From the NCBI GenBank assembly GCA_964632315.1, contig CAZWEM010000033.1, positions 22,642 through 51,353 on the forward strand: a stretch of DNA of 28,712 nt, read 5' to 3'. This document shows, piece by piece, positions 27,907 to 28,712 of the stretch (the stretch's first letter is position 1; every line of letters starts with the position of its first letter). The translations under genes and the position numbers were made by a program. The notes under the pieces are model-generated. The model worked only from the letters and a program-made list of their open reading frames with translations. It was not told the DNA's origin and did no database searches. Origin of the DNA: an uncultured archaeon. Its GTDB lineage: Archaea > Asgardarchaeota > Lokiarchaeia > Sigyniarchaeales > SOKP01.

Positions 27907-28711
27907 TTGCTAGATCTTTCTTATCTTCATCTATATTAATTTCATGATCAACTTCATACTTGGTTTCTTCATCAACATCTCTCTTTATTATCTTACCCGT
28001 TCTTTCAAGAGCATACTTATTAGGTTTTAGCTTGTTGGCGGGTTGCCCAAGGTAAATCCAGCCAGCTTCAATGATTTGATCGAGATGAGTGGTTGTAAAT
28101 GCTCCAAGTACGGACTCTTTTCCAAGTATAGTACCTGGTGAAACATTTGATACACCTCCCACGACTGTATAGTCATCTATTATTACTTTTCTAATTATCA
28201 AATAATTTCCGATGACCATTGAACTCATGACAATCGCCCCTTGACCTACAGTCACTTTTCTACCAAATTCTATGAATTCACTATCTACCCATGCATCTTG
28301 GAGGTGACTTGAGAAATCAATCCTTACTCCAAACCACCTGAAGCCCCACATCACTACCCATGGGAGCGGACAATTACTCATAAACCATAATGCCAACTTT
28401 TTTAATTCCACTCGCAACCGCCAAAACTCAAAATCCTGTTCTCCTTCAACTGCTTTAAAAATTCCTTCTTTAGGTTTATGAACCATGTTGATAATGAGTA
28501 AAAAAGCCTTGGCGAAAATAGCAATCCCGAATAAGAAGACAAAATACATTGCAAACATCCAAACTGGAAAAAATAGGATCTCCAATAGCCAATTGTTTAA
28601 CCAAAAATGAATCCAACCAGTTATTCCGAAAAAAGAGCCTATAGCCATATATCCACCCATCCAGAGAATCGGTAAATAGAACGCAAGGAATTTTAAGCTG
28701 ATACTGCTAAT
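27890..28711 (-). CDS. 5'-truncated paralogue of 22865-24730 (second TM/beta-helix unit visible); runs off the window edge
   Basis: Frame open to the window end: ISSISLKFLAFYLPILWMGG aligns with ISRVNIKFLIVYVPILWLAG. Also shares ELKKLALWF, DFSSHL-DAW and the HE-NIDEDKK tail. Confidence 0.85.
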   Translation of the reverse strand: MSSISLKFLAFYLPILWMGGYMAIGSFFGITGWIHFWLNNWLLEILFFPVWMFAMYFVFLFGIAIFAKAFLLIINMVHKPKEGIFKAVEGEQDFEFWRLRVELKKLALWFMSNCPLPWVVMWGFRWFGVRIDFSSHLQDAWVDSEFIEFGRKVTVGQGAIVMSSMVIGNYLIIRKVIIDDYTVVGGVSNVSPGTILGKESVLGAFTTTHLDQIIEAGWIYLGQPANKLKPNKYALERTGKIIKRDVDEETKYEVDHEINIDEDKKDLANGGKS

Positions 28712-28712
28712 T

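Overview
AT-rich (roughly 30% GC by eye) archaeal-type DNA. The gene content (many SDS22-type LRR proteins, SCP2, CdhC-like/CooC, AlaX-M, a GGR-like flavoprotein, zinc-ribbon proteins) suggests an Asgard archaeon of the Lokiarchaeia type; this is an inference. About 27 CDS; no rRNA, tRNA, CRISPR array or transposase was recognised. Main observations: (1) A tandem pair of soluble LRR-TIR proteins (3598-6800). One TIR keeps the catalytic Glu and the other has lost it. The pair is preceded by a near-perfect inverted repeat with 18-bp arms, and a TIR-less LRR relative lies elsewhere in the window. This is a candidate paired sensor/executor immune or signalling module. (2) Two copies of a gene pair whose units (2 TM helices + left-handed beta-helix) add up to three, the layout of the C-terminal polymerase region of epsilon-poly-L-lysine synthetase (Pls/PosA), with no A-T domains in view. 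(3) Three tandem CxxC-x13-CxxC microproteins, two of them absent from the ORF track. (4) A glutamate dehydrogenase homologue with active-site substitutions. (5) A truncated acetyl-CoA-synthase-like protein coupled to CooC. (6) An operon of SCP2, a PchF/VAO-like flavoprotein, a CCG Fe-S protein and a PHP hydrolase.
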